Position numbers and translations under genes: made by a program. This document shows positions 13,328-26,552 of a stretch of 64,000 bases of DNA, piece after piece. Numbering within the stretch: the first letter of the stretch is position 1; the number at the start of each line of letters is the position of its first letter. A model generated the notes under the pieces. That model saw only the letters and a program-made list of their open reading frames with translations, was not told the DNA's origin and ran no database searches. The DNA lies in the NCBI GenBank assembly GCA_050273025.1, contig CP158635.1, positions 12,710,001-12,774,000 on the forward strand, in the 5' to 3' direction. This DNA comes from Cenococcum geophilum. Its lineage: Eukaryota.

Positions 13328-14740
13328 TATATATAATCTATACTAATATATAATATACTAGGTGCTTTAGGTTAACTCTTAACTTATCCTTATCTTTAAG
13401 TTTAAACCTCTATCGCACTAATCTAAAGGTTACTATTTTATTTGCAGGTACTAAAATACGCCGTTTACTTCTCTAGTCCTTTAATTACTCTTTTAAATCT
13501 TTTAATATCATAATTAAGGCTCCCTTAATATAATTTATGCCTTTTTTCGTAATTAGTTAGTCTTAAATAACTTATTTATCTAACTATATATAAAAATCTT
13601 CCTACTTATTATTATATCGTTGCCTATACTACTTTTAGTATAGCTCCCTAAGTATATACGGTCTGCCCGTAAGGAAGTATCTTCTTATTACTATATTATA
13701 ATAGCCTTTTATATATCTTTTCTTAAATCTAATTAGGATTCTAGGATCCTCTTTTTCTTCTAGTTTAGTTAGCTACTTAGCTCTTAATATACCTGCCTTA
13801 AGCCTATTAGTAACCCTTTATATAAGCAATCTTTTCCCTAAATAGTCCGTTGCTTTTAGTATCTTTTTTTACTATATAAAGATTCTTTTTTTAAATTCCT
13901 TATTACTTTTATCTAGCTTCTTTCTTACTAATAGGCTAAAGCCTTTATACTTCTTGACCGGGATATTAACTTTTTAATCCTACTGCTAAATCTTACTCGT
14001 AATTTCTTTAATAGTCCTTATCCTAATATTAGAGTCTTAGTTTAATAATTTTCTTAATTTTAAGCTTACTTTTTTTCTAAGCTACGCTCCTACATTAGTC
14101 TAATTAAGCTTTAGTAGTATTTTTATCTCGTCTTAAAAGTCTTAAATCTCGCTTGTCTTACTTTAAAAGTCTTATACCTATAAGAAATTCTATCCTATAC
14201 TTATTTATATACTTCTAAACTAAACTACAACTCTACTCTATTAGTTATTGTCTATTATAGGTCCTTAAGCTTATTTTATCCCATCTTAGGAATTTTAAGC
14301 GTCTCTTATCTCTTCCTAAAAATCTTAAGCCCATAGCTTTTTGCCTTTATTAAGTGCCAAAATAGCTTATTATCCTACTTCTCTTATATCTTATAAAGCG
14401 ATACATTAGGAAAACGGGAAAGTGGTAGGGGCTAGCCCGGGGCTAGCACTGGGTCATTTTAGCTAGATCCGCTAATCTGCTTATATATACTTCTTTACGC
14501 TAGCCCGGGGCCACTTTAGCCACTTTAGTTACTTTAGCCACTTTATATCTAATAGTTATAATATTTATAATATTTCCTGTAACTATAATATTTCTTATAG
14601 CCATAATATTTATAAAATTAACATTTATAAAATTAAATTAATAGTAGTTAAAGGGGGGAGCTTTTTGTAGAGGCTCTAAATTGTTAATTAGCTAGTCTAG
14701 ATAATCCGCTACCTATATACTGATTTCCTAACTAGGTCTA

Positions 14741-15075
14741 ATGCCTATCTACCTACCTATGTACCTGCCTATATACTTACCTGCGTATCTACATACCTAT
14801 CTATTTACCTATATACCTATAAATCTACCTATATACTTACCTATCTACCTACCTACGTACCTATATACCTATCTACCTGTCTATATACCTACGTACTATT
14901 TACCTGCCTATATACCTACGTACCTACCTATATATACCTACCTACGTACCTACCTATATACCTACCTGCGTACCTACCTACGTACCTACCTACGTACCTA
15001 CCTATATACCTACCTGCGTATCTACCTACCTATCTACCTACTTATCTACCTACTTATCTACCTATCTATTTATAT
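14741..15075. repeat. Degenerate (TACC/TATC/TATA)n tetranucleotide microsatellite
   Basis: Direct reading: ctacctacgtacctacctatatacctac... over ~330 bp; flanked by a ~90-bp direct repeat (~14655-14745 and ~15145-15240). Confidence 0.95.
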
Positions 15076-15414
15076 CTGTTATAGGAGCTCTATATCTTTT
15101 TAGGGAGACTACTACTTAGGCTTTAAGCGATTAATTAAGGAGTAGGGGGGAACCTTACGTAGAGGCTCCAAATTGTCAATTAGTGGTGTTCCCGATAATC
15201 TGCTAATTATATACTGATTTCCTAACTAGGCCTAGTGCCTGCCTATATTAGTGTCTAATTTAATTTAGAAGAGGAGTTGGTTTAAATAGTGGTTATCTAA
15301 TGTACCTTCCTAGGAGGCCTTAATCCGATTTAATTTGGTAATAGGCTGTATCGAGACTCTAGTTTAATTCAATTAATTAATTAATTAATTTGTTTATGGT
15401 ATTCGCTAGCTAGT

Positions 15415-15515
15415 CGTTATTATCTGGTTTTGGCGACGGTTATCTAGTTTTGGCGATGGTTATCTAGTTCTAGCGACAGTTGTCTAGTTTTAGCAACGGT
15501 TATCTAGTTCTAACT
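15415..15515. repeat. 21-bp minisatellite, ~5 units
   Basis: Units like GGTTATCTAGTTTTGGCGAC(T). Confidence 0.85.
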
Positions 15516-15804
15516 ATAGTCCTCTACTAGCTATCGTTTTGGCGCCTCCCTAGGTAGGGGGATATAAGGAAAGAAGGGTAAAAAATAAGGTAGTATTTAG
15601 GTGTATAAGAGGTATATAAAGGCATATATAGGCTATTAGAAATATAGTAGGGACCTAATAATACTTAGGACAATTTAGACAATTAGGAAAATTAAAGTCC
15701 TACTAGAAGCCTACTAGGAGGCCTTTAGGATTTTAATACCCTAATAGCAATAAACACAATAATAGTAATAATATTTATTTTATAGCTATAAGCTAATATA
15801 ATGC

Positions 15805-15929
15805 TAGCGTATAGCTTTAGAGCTTAGCTAAAATAGTAGAAAGCTAGCGTAGAGCTTTAGGGGGTTAGCTAATATGGCGGAAAGCTAGCGTATAGCCCTA
15901 GGGGGTTAGCTAATATGGCGGAGAGCTAG
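15805..15929. repeat. ~41-bp minisatellite, ~3 units
   Basis: Units like GGGGGTTAGCTAATATGGCGGAAAGCTAGCGTAGAGCTTTA; interrupted by the solo LTR at 15930. Confidence 0.8.
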
Positions 15930-16568
15930 TATAATAAAGCCTTATAGAAAATACTATAGTAAACTTATTAATGGGCTAGGTATATAGGTATAGAATAGTT
16001 AATAACGTAAATATAACTAGTGGAGTAGATACCTAATAGATTAACTTTAATTATATTCTAAGATTTACTGTAAAAAAAAAAGAAACTATCTATAGAGACC
16101 GTGCGTCCTTAAATATATAACTCCTCCCTATAGTAAAGGGTTTAGTACGTTAGTACATCACGTTCCTACGTTCTTACGTTCTTATATTTCGAACTTATAA
16201 CGTAACTAGCTACGTAACTCAGCTACCTTTTATCCTATAGCTTGATTGGTTCTAGCGCCTCCTATACTATCTTAACTAACCCGTTTATATCCATTCTTAG
16301 TAGTCGTACTACTGCCGATATAAGGTCCGTAATTGTGACGGTACTAATGCGCGTCACCTGCCACATTCAACCAATCAGGATTTTCCATGCCCGGCATGGA
16401 AAATCGCTATTAGCTCACTTACCACTAGCGCCCTAGCGGCCCTCGCGACATGTCTACCTACTACCCCTAAACGATTCTCCTTCTTCTTCTCCTTAGCTTA
16501 GTATCTTTACTAGATAGCAATCCACAAGCTTTAGTTCAGAGGCATTTATGCGAGCCGTTACAGTAATA
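15930..16568 (-). mobile_element. Solo LTR of Gypsy A family (contains a nested solo LTR)
   Basis: Homologous to 2726-3154; 5-bp TSD GCTAG at 15925-29 and 16569-73. Confidence 0.88.
16334..16562 (+). mobile_element. Solo LTR (229 bp) related to Gypsy D LTRs
   Basis: TG...CA ends, 5-bp TSD GTAAT (16329-33 / 16563-67); shares blocks with the D LTR (TGTxACGG, TTAGCTTAGTATCTTT, AGAGGCATTT). Confidence 0.9.
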
Positions 16569-16638
16569 GCTAGCCCTAGGCCCTAAAAACACTTTTAGCG
16601 AAACTAAATTTTATATACCACTTCCCGTTTTCCTAATA

Positions 16639-17571
16639 TAAGTACTCTACCTTTAAATATAACTATAAGATATATAATAAGGAGCTCCTAGCAATTATAA
16701 AAGCACTAAAAGAATAGCGCCCTAAACTATAAGAAACTAAGTAACTATTTAAGACTATTACGGACTATAAGAACCTCTAGACCTTTATAATAACAAAACA
16801 ACTAAACTAGCGCTAAGTCCGTTGGGCTAAGTTCCTCTTTTAGTTTAACTTTATTCTTATCTATAGGCCTAGTACTAAAGCTATAATCCTAAACGCCCTA
16901 AGCCGCCTTCTAGGCGCTGCACCTGCTAATATTAATAATAAATAGCTATAACACTAAGACCGTATTATTTTACTACTAAAGAAAGGTAACCCTACTATCC
17001 TAGAAGAGCTATTAAGCGAATTTTAAAACCAGAGCGTTAAAGACTTTATTATAGTAATAGACCTAAAGCCTAAGAAAAAACCCTATAAGGAGCTTATTAA
17101 GAATACCTATAAAGAGAATAAACTAGCTAGAGATATATTGGCTGCGCTATAAAAATAGGAAGGCCGTAAGGTACACCGCTAGCCTAAGCAGATTAGGAAG
17201 TTGCTCTACTATAATAAATTTAAATGCTTAATTATTAACGGTCTAATCTACTATAGAAACCAAATATTCGTCCCTAATTTACCTAAACTCTAACTAGAAG
17301 TTATATACTATATATATAGTTTAGGTCCTATAGGCCACCTAGGTTATATTAAAACCTTAAACCTTCTTAGTTAAACCTATTAGTAGCTAGATATTTTATA
17401 GTTTACAGCTACCTTTATAAAAGACTGCGCTCTCTACTTCTATATAAAGACCCTATACTTAGCACCGCCTAATTTTCTAAAACTATTAAAACTACTAGTC
17501 CGCCCATAGACTAATATCTCTATTAACTATATTATTAACCTACCTAAGTACCTTTATAACGGCAAAATATA
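16639..17571 (+). mobile_element. Gypsy pol fragment B (RNase H to integrase zinc-binding region)
   Basis: 'YNYKIYNKELLAIIKALKE*RP', 'ITDYKNL', 'LN*R*VRWA' and 'GHLG' motifs; cut off by the TIR element on the left and a LINE tail on the right. Confidence 0.85.
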
Positions 17572-20361
17572 TTATTATTATTTATTGCTTAACGTCCGAT
17601 TTAGATCCCTATTAGGCCTACGCGGACTACTCCTTATTTATATATAGGGAGAAAACTCTACTTAAGAAAACCCCGTAATCCATCTCCTCGCCTTTTAGGA
17701 CTCGCCTACTTAACGCCTACAAGTGGCCTATAGTGCTCTACTACCTTATATTTTAACCTTTTTAGGAACTACTACTGCTGTAATAAGCCTACGGACGCGC
17801 TAGTATTGCAAACTTTACTTTACTACTATAGAGTTATTAGGGGGCGCCTATTGCTCGCCCCTTTGCCTTTTATTACTATTTCCTTTATAACCCAAAACTG
17901 GTTTAGTATATTTTAGCTAATAAGCCACTAGGTAACCGCCTTAAGACCTTTTTATATTAAGAGTAGTGTATTATAGTTCTCTATGCCAGCTACTAAGAGT
18001 ATTACTTCTTAGTTAGTGCGTAGGGGGCATAGCAGTATTATGTATTTTAGTGTTTATCTTAGCTAAATATATTTACATCTTAGGCTACCTACTAGAACAC
18101 CTACCTAGGAGAGCTAATCTTTTAGTCCTATTATCCCTATTCTTAAAAGTGTTACTATTATATTTTCTACCTTTATTAGGCCTTCTTAGAGCCCTTAAGT
18201 GTTTACTCCCTATAGCGTTAACTATACTACAGCTTAGGTTTCTTTTGCCTAAGTTAGCCTCTATACCTTTAACTCCTATATATCTTTTTAGCGTTAATCT
18301 AACTAGTATTATATTATAGTAGATAGTTTCCTAGTATTCTTTTATATATAACTTTAACTCCTTTTTCTTTCTTACTATTATCTTTACTGGCCTTTTACGC
18401 GTTTCCCTTTCTCTACTATATAGGCCTAGGCCCTAGCGTAGTACCATTCTTCTTCTACTTTCTTTACCTACTTCTCTAATATATCTTCCCTACTTTAGGG
18501 TTATTGGTTTATTCTCTTATGGGGCACCCTAGGGTCCCTCTATAGTTTATTTAGGCGTGTCTTAATATACTTTATAATATTAAAGTTATATTTATTTTAC
18601 GCTCTTTATATTGTAGCGGCTTTAATATATAGTTATAGGGGGGGAATATTAGCTTCCTTCTTGAGCAGTACTATAGCCGTTCGCTTATACCCACCTATTA
18701 TACTTTAAAGGTAGGCTATTTAGACCTTTTAAAGTAGTTTAAGGAGTAATTTAGGGGGGCCTTTCTTAGTTTTTCTAATAGCCTAGATACTGGATCTATA
18801 TATTATAGTTAGCCGGATAACTGCTATATATAATAGGCGTAACCTCTAAAAGTATAGACCCTATATAAAATTAACAATCCTAGATAGTTTGATATACTAT
18901 ACTTAGCCCTTATAGGCCGCTTACGCTATATATACGCTCCACTAGAGCTTACTATTTACCCATACTCCTAATACCCTTAGGCCCTAAACTAGTTAACCCT
19001 TAAAGCCTTAAATACAGATTATATAATAGAGATCTATAAATTAGTTGCGTTTTCTTATAAAATAGATTAGCTAGTATTTCTCTGGTAAGAATTAGACTCT
19101 ATATTATCTTACCTATTCTATATAGGTATTATAGGCTTTCTCTAGTGTCCTGCAATTCTCTACGGCTATTAGCCCATATATAACTAGGTTTATATTATTA
19201 ATAAAGCCTATCCCCTAGGTCGCCCCTTTCTTAAAGGTATTACGTAGGTTACTTATAAAGAAGAGGAAGAGTATAGGTAAAAGAGGTAATCCTTATAGTA
19301 TACTTATTATAACTATAAGAGGCGGGCTCTAGTATCCGCTAAAAACTAGTAATATTTCTTTCTAGCCTATAAACCCCTAAATAAATTATATAATCCATTT
19401 TAGGAAGCCCTTTACCCTAAGGATATATAGGAGGCGCTTATAGGGTATATTATTATAGGCGCCGCTAATATCTAGGCTAAGCATTAATACTACAAAGTCC
19501 TTTCGCATAGCCTATACAGTTTTAATAGTAGTAGCGAGCAGTGTAAGTGCTAATAGCGTTAAGCGATTCTTACTTGCCCCCATTTAGCTTTATAGTAGTA
19601 GGGCGTATTCCTCTACCGTATCTACTATATGGTCCGCTATAACCTTTTCTAATATTTTACTTAGGGTATTTTCTAAAGTAATAGGGCGGTAGCTTCCTAG
19701 AACTAAGTAGTCTACTTTACCTTCTTTTTACAAAATAACCGTTATTATAGATCTTCTAAGTTATGGGTAGTAGCCTATTACAAAGTATGCTCTAGCTACG
19801 TCTATAAGCTAAGGTACTATAAGTAGTCTATAGGTCTTTAAGGCTTTGTTTAAAATCCTATCTAGTCCTAGTACTATATTATTTAAGAGGCGGCTAATAG
19901 TTCTGGCCATTTCTTTAGTTATTATATCGCTGTTGACCCTTAGGTAAGTTATTAGTATTTTACTAGTAATGTTACTAAGGTCTGCTAAAGCCGGTTAGGG
20001 GAAAAATCTTTTTATAAGGATTTTTGCCTTCTTATTATTATTGCTTATAGCCTATAGTTTACCTACTCTTTATAGGGGTAGTAAGTATAGGTCTTCCATT
20101 AGGCGTCCCGCCTTTTTCTTTACCTATTTTACTATAGTTTAAAAGCCCTTATTATAAGGAAGGCTTAGGTTAGCGGTATATTTATTTATAAACTATCTTT
20201 AATTATTCCTTGCCTCTTTTTTAAGGGTATTTTTTAGCTAGTTTCTTATATCTTTATATTATCTCTCGTCTTTAGGATTAGAGCTGCTTATATATTTCTG
20301 TTATAGGACACCCCTATAATACTTTGCACACATTTACCTATTTCCACTAACTTAGCAATTA

Positions 20362-23300
20362 TGTAACGGCGCTATCGCACGTTACCTGCCAAAATTCTGC
20401 CATATTCTGCCGACCTGTGATTGGCCCGCCTAAAGCTAGCGCCTTGGCGGCTTACCCTACATATTTATTTACATTGGTCCTAGCGACCCCTTTTCCTTCT
20501 CTTTAGCTTAGTATCTTTGTAATACAGCATTCGTTCAAGCTTTGGTTTAGAGGCATTTGTTTAAGCCGTAATATTATACTAAGCTCTCCCTACCTTGCCT
20601 GGGAAGGCCTTAATAATATCCCACCCTAAAGAAACTTCGTCTGCAACAACGCATTAACGCGCTATACTTAGATACTAAAACAACTCTACATTACCTGGGA
20701 AGGCCTGGATAATATCCCACCTTATAAGCTAGATAGGACTGGACCTATACCCCCAGAATTAAAACTAAAGCGTACAATACCGACGAACCTTGGGAAGCTA
20801 ACAATGGCACCTAAAGCAAGCTTATCTAAGAGAGCTGCCTCTACCCGAGAGGAACCTAAGATCTAATTAGGATCAGAAATTGAAGATAATAATAATGTCG
20901 TAGACATACGCGAGTAGATTCGCGCCCTTATAGCTAGCTAGGAAGCCAATTGTCTTAAAGCGAGAAATATATAAGAGACCCTATAAGAGATCCTAGAAAG
21001 CCTTACGGCCCTATAAAATAGCCCGGCTTCCCCTTCTTAAAGCCCTAGCCGACCTATTTACTCTACTAAATGCGATATACTAGGGAGTACGGATATAATA
21101 ACGAAGCAATTAAAGTCCGTTAAGCTCCCTAACCCCCTACTACTGTCTAACGGGATAGACCCTACCTTTAAGAATTAGAGGATTTAAGTATGAGGAAAGC
21201 TCCGCGTTAACTATAACTATTTCCTTTTTAAAGAAGCTAAAATGCTCTACCTCTTTAGTCGAACCACTGGGGACGCCTAACGGCACCTTTAAGCCAAGTT
21301 TAAGGACGACTCCCCTGTCCAATTTATATCTATTAATAAGATAATACGGCACCTAGTGGCTATTTACGTTAACCTGAATAAAGTACGGGATGCCTGTTAT
21401 AACTATAATTACCTAATAATAAAACCAAACTAACCCTTTGCCAAATTCTAAACTTAATTCCTATACCTTATAGGAGAAGGCCAGGTCCCCCTTAAGAACT
21501 ACTGATTAGACCTATACGATAAGCTAATAATCCGGCTATAAGAAAAGATTGCTATAACCTTAAATAACCTACTAACCCACAAAAAACTCGCAGCTTATTG
21601 CCTATTATTAGACTTAGAACTAAAGCGGATTAACGCCCACCCTAATTAGTAGAAGCGACTCCGTAATAATTGGAACTCGCTAGCTATACCTATAGAAGCT
21701 AGAGCAGGAAGATAAGTTATAACTGCTCTTATACTAAAGGCGGTTATAACTACGCACTAGCAAGCCTTGCCCAACCAGCTACGTACTACGCCATTAACTA
21801 GTATTCGCCGTAATACTCCAATTAACCCTACCTCGGCTACGTGCTTTAACTGCAATAAGTAAGGTTACTTTACCTTATCCTACCTGGAGCTAAAGGATAT
21901 AGGCGATATTAAGAAGATAGAGGAAGGAGAAATATCTAATAAGTCGGAAAAAGAAGAACCCTAGGGAAAGACTCCCCCCTAGGGTACCCTATCGATCTTA
22001 AAGAGATTAATCTTAGTTAGTTAATAGGTAAAAAGCATTTCACGGTTCTATATATAGTATCTTAAAATGGATATAGAGTTAATATAACCGCCCTTATTAA
22101 CACTAGAGCAAATGGCTTCGCCTTTATAAATACTACCTATATAAATAATGTTGCTAAGTTTCTAAATACAGAAGCCATCTAACTAGAGAAGCCTATTTAG
22201 GTAAAGGGCTATAACGGCCAAGCCGGTCGGCCCGTTACCTACGTCTTAAAGTTATATATCGCTCTTAACGGATAACGCCAATATAGTATCCCCTTTTGCA
22301 TTCTAGACCTAGGGTCCTATAATATAATCCTTAGACGAAAATAGATATCCTATTTTAATATTTAGTTAAACATGCAAAAAAGACGGTTTATCTAGCCGGA
22401 GAATAGACCAAGATTGCCCTCCTTTATTAGGGAGATCCGAACCAACCGCAAGATACTAGCTGTAAGGGCTAACCCTACCTACCAGCAGGATGTCTAAGCC
22501 CGTAACCTAGCCTTTACCTAAGAGAACGCCCGCCGTAAAGCTGGAAAGAACTCTATACTAATAAAGATACTCTCCTAAAGCGCTATGTTTAAAGAGAACT
22601 CTATATACAGAAGCGGGACAGATAATAACGTAGATAATATCTAAATTACACAGATCTAACCGTTATGGAAAAGAACGTATTAATAGGATATAAGGGATAA
22701 CCTCTAAAAGATATAACAGGAGCTAAAAGGAGTAACGATAACGCTAGTACCCTAGAAGTCCCTAAAGTTATATACGCCCCTATTATCAGTTAACCCCCCT
22801 ACCGTAGACATTGCCGCAATTAGCGCTATAGCGTTCCACTTTAATATATACCGGAAGGACAATAAGGTCTTTATAATGAGCCTATATAAGATTAACCGAA
22901 TTATTAATAATAGAGAGGAAAGGCCAGATAAGGAAACCGACGAGAAACTAGTCGAACGCCTTCTTCCTACTATTTATATAGGCTACAAGGATACATTCTT
23001 AAAGGCGGCCTTAGACAAGTTACCCCCCTACCAGACATATAATTACAAGATTTAATTAGAGGCCAATAACTCGCTAGGCTATAGCCCCCTCTACTATTAA
23101 TTAATAGATAAGCTAAAAGCAATAAAGTAGTACTTAATTAATAACCTGGATAAAGGGTTTATCGAGCTAAGTTAAGCCCCTTTTACTTCCCCTATCCTAT
23201 TTATAAAAAAGCCTAATAGAGGCCTTCGTTTTTATATTAACTATTAAAAGCTAAACACTATTACTTAAAAGGACCGGTATCCTATTCCTTTAATTAATAA

Positions 23301-26300
23301 GACCCTTATACGTTTAAGCTAGGTAAAGATCTTTACTAAACTTAATATCCGCTAAGCTTTCTACCAAATTAGGATAGACCCTATATCTAAAGATTTAACA
23401 ACGTTCCGTACCCACTATAGTTCCTATAAATATAAAGTTCTTCCTTTTAGACTAATAAACGGACTGGCTATGTACTAAAGGTATATAAATAACGTTCTTT
23501 TTAATTACCTCAATAAATTCTGCACGGCATACCTAGATAATATTCTCATATACTTAAATAACAAACTTAAGTATTAAGTTTATATTAAGAAGGTCCTAGA
23601 GAGACTACGGAATATGGGCTTATAAGTCAATATTAAGAAATGCGAGTTTAGGGTAAAATGTATAAAATACCTCGGGTTTATTATAACTATAGAAGGAATT
23701 AAGGTTAACCCTAAGAAGGTAGAGGCAATTTATAACTGGAAGCCCCCTTATACAGTAAAAGGAATCTAATCCTTCCTTAGTTTTTATAATTTCTACTACT
23801 GGTTTATCCGTGACTACGGAATTGTGGTAAAACCTCTTATATAACTAACTAGGAAGGATATACCTTTTATCTTTAATAATAGCTATATAGAGGCCTTTAA
23901 AGAGGTAAAGGATCGGCTTATCTCTTCCCTAATCCTTTATTACTATAACCCAGACCTTAAATTAATGCTAGAAACAAACGCCTCTAATAGGGTCATAGCG
24001 GGAATCCTATTACAGTTATATCCAGACGGTAAATAGTACCCTATAGCTTTCTTCTTAAAGACAATAGACCCGGCTAAGTATAACTATAAAGTATATAATA
24101 AAGAAATGCTAGCTATTATTTAATTACTCTTCTAATAGCGCGCAGAGCTTAAAGGTATAAACTCCTGGATTAAGATATATATAGATTATAAAGCCCTAGA
24201 GTACTTTATAACTATAAAGCAGCTTATAGGGCAATAAGCCTAGTGGGCCGAAATACTCTCCTAATTCTTCTTTATAATTATATATTATTCTAGTAAGTAA
24301 AACTCTAAGGCTAATACCCTAACCTAAAGAGAATAAGATATAGAACCCTAGAATAAGCTAAAGACCTAATACCGGACGCGCGCCCTCTTCTATCCAGAAC
24401 AGCTTAACCCGCGGATCCTTAAGGAGCTAGACTCCTAGTAAAACGAGCTAGCACTAATGGAGGAGTCCTTAGATAAGCCAATAGGGCTAGTTAACCGCCT
24501 CCTAACTATAAACCGCACGGCTAACGCCCTAAGAGCCCTCCGCGAACAAGCTGTAAAAGGAGACCCCGATTTTAAGACGGAGGAAGGATTGCTCCTATAC
24601 CAGGAGCGGCTTATAGTCCCTAACGTTGATAATCTATAGACCAAACTAATCTGTGAAGCTTATTACCAAGTCTCTATAGCACACCCTAGCAAGAACAAAA
24701 CCCGTAAAATCATTAACTGCCGCTACTACTGGCTAAGAATAGTTGTGGATATTAATTGATATATACGGAACTGCGAAGACTACTAGAGAGCTATAATTTT
24801 ACGGGATAAGACCCTAGGACTACTTAAGCCACTCCTAATACTAAAGCGCCCTTAGTAGTATATTTTTATAGACTTCCATAAACTACCTAGGAACTATAAC
24901 GGATATAATATAGTTATAGTTATAGTTAACCGCTTTAGTAAACGCCCGTTCTTAATTCTATATCACAAAAACATCAATGCTAAAGAGGTAGCCCGGCTAT
25001 ATATCCATTACGTCTACTAAATCTATAGACCACCAGATACTATTATATCCGATTATAGGCCATAGTTTATATCGGCCTTCTGGAATAAGTTTACCCGGAT
25101 CCTAGGCATTAAGCTAAAGCTTTCTACGGCTTATTACCCCCAGACAGACGGTTAGACAGAGATCGTAAATTAGTACCTGGACCAGAGGCTTAGGCCCTTT
25201 ATTAACTATTTCTAGGACAACTAGTCTGAACTACTACCCTTAATAGACTACGCGCAAGTAACCCTACCCTATAACTCTATAGGGTTTGCCCCAATTTAGC
25301 TAAAAATAGGATACTTACCCCGTATAAGCTTTAACTGGAAAAGGCTAGAAGAACCCTAGACTATATAAGAGAAGCTATCCTATGCTAAGGCCCAACAGTA
25401 CGCTAAACGATTAAAGGAGGCCTAGATGGTAGCCCGCAAGAACCTAGAAAGAGCTTAAAGGTTAATAAAACAGCAGGCGAACAAATACCGTTAAGAGCCC
25501 AATTTTGCCCCTGGCGATATGGTCTGGGTTATAATAAGGAATTAGAGGACCGAACGACCTAGCCGTAAGCTAAACTACTAGATAGCAGGACCGTATAAGG
25601 TTCTTAAGAAGATAGGTAACTTATATAAGATAAAGCTCCCAGACTTAATTAGGGTTTACCCTATCTTCTTACCAAATAAGTTACGGAAAGCTATAAACAA
25701 CCTATTACCTGGACAAAAGAATGAGCCTCCCCTACTAGTTTAAGTAAACGGTAACAATAAATGGGAGGTTAATGAAATGCTGGCCTGTAAGATAGTATGG
25801 GGAGCGCTAAAATACCGTGTCTAATAGAAGGGCTACAATCCTAACCCAACCTGGTACCCTATGTGGAACTTTATAGGCTGCCCCCAGAAGCTTAAAGAAT
25901 TCTATAACCAATACCCTAATGCGCCTGGACCCCTAAAGTACCTAGACGAATAGATAGAATGCTGGCATAATAAAGACGATAAGTTACCGGAAGAATATAG
26001 GGATAAAAACGCCCTAAAGCCCTAATACAGCTGTCTACCAAATTCTGCCATATTCTACCATTTTCTGCTAGTACTGTAAAATTTTAGATGTCTAGGAACT
26101 TCAACCGCCGGTTAAAGTTATCTAATTAGTTAGATCCGTGCCAAGACTTTTAGCGGCTACTCTTTCTAGCCTAGTGCTTCTACTTAGCCTATAATCGCCC
26201 TTTATACTTAGTCAGGACGGACTTATATCCCCTTTATCTCCTTATCTTATATTTTTATAATCCTACGTTTATAAGCCTAGTACTACCCTATTTTTTCTAA

Positions 26301-26552
26301 CTAAGCCTAAGGGCAGGCTTTCTTTTAAAGAGGGGGGTAATGTAACGGCGCTATCGTACGTTACCTGCTAAAATTCTACCATATTCTACCGACCTGCAAT
26401 TGGCCCGCCTAAAGCTAGCGCCTTGGCGGCTTACCCTATATATTTGTTTACATCGGTCCTAGCGACCCCTTTTCCTTCTCTTTAGCTTAGTATCTTTGTA
26501 ATACAGCATTCGTTCAAGCTTCGGTTTAGAGGCATTTGTTTAAGCCATGACA
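20362..26552 (+). mobile_element. Ty3/Gypsy chromovirus D, full length (6191 bp), inserted in the 5' LTR of C
   Basis: 212-bp LTRs 20362-20573 and 26341-26552; TSD AATTA; PPT AAAGAGGGGGG. gag 20804-21964 with 'CFNC' knuckle. pol to 26025 with 'AYLDNIL', 'LETNASN', 'YPQTDG*TE' and chromodomain 'KGYNPNPTWYP'. Confidence 0.95.

Larger units (their letters stand above)
2726..14401 (-). mobile_element. Ty3/Gypsy chromovirus A, 5'-truncated (3' LTR, chromodomain, integrase, RNase H, RT, protease, part of gag-pro spacer); contains two LINE insertions
   Basis: LTR 2726-3154 with adjacent polypurine tract on the minus strand. Minus-strand motifs include 'IETDALDFILG' (RNase H, ~5610-5640), 'AYFNDII' (=YLDD, ~6365-6380) and 'ALIDNRVTRNYI' (protease, ~7310-7342). 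Colinear with element G. No gag or 5' LTR found. Confidence 0.9.
14404..16638. mobile_element. Non-autonomous TIR element with repeat-rich interior; hosts nested solo LTRs
   Basis: ~24-bp inverted termini CATTAGGAAAACGGGAAAGTGGTA (14404) and TACCACTTCCCGTTTTCCTAATA (16616-16638), each flanked by TA; no transposase seen. Confidence 0.75.

Noticed and set aside
14741..15103. 120-aa Y/L/P/T-rich ORF
   Set aside because: Translation of a tetranucleotide microsatellite.
15415..15929. CRISPR-like or telomeric arrays
   Set aside because: No unique spacers and no tandem TTAGGG; simple minisatellites in eukaryotic DNA.
15930..16568. Candidate 5' LTR of Gypsy A
   Set aside because: It has its own GCTAG TSD, no adjacent gag, and lies inside the TIR element, so it is a separate solo LTR.
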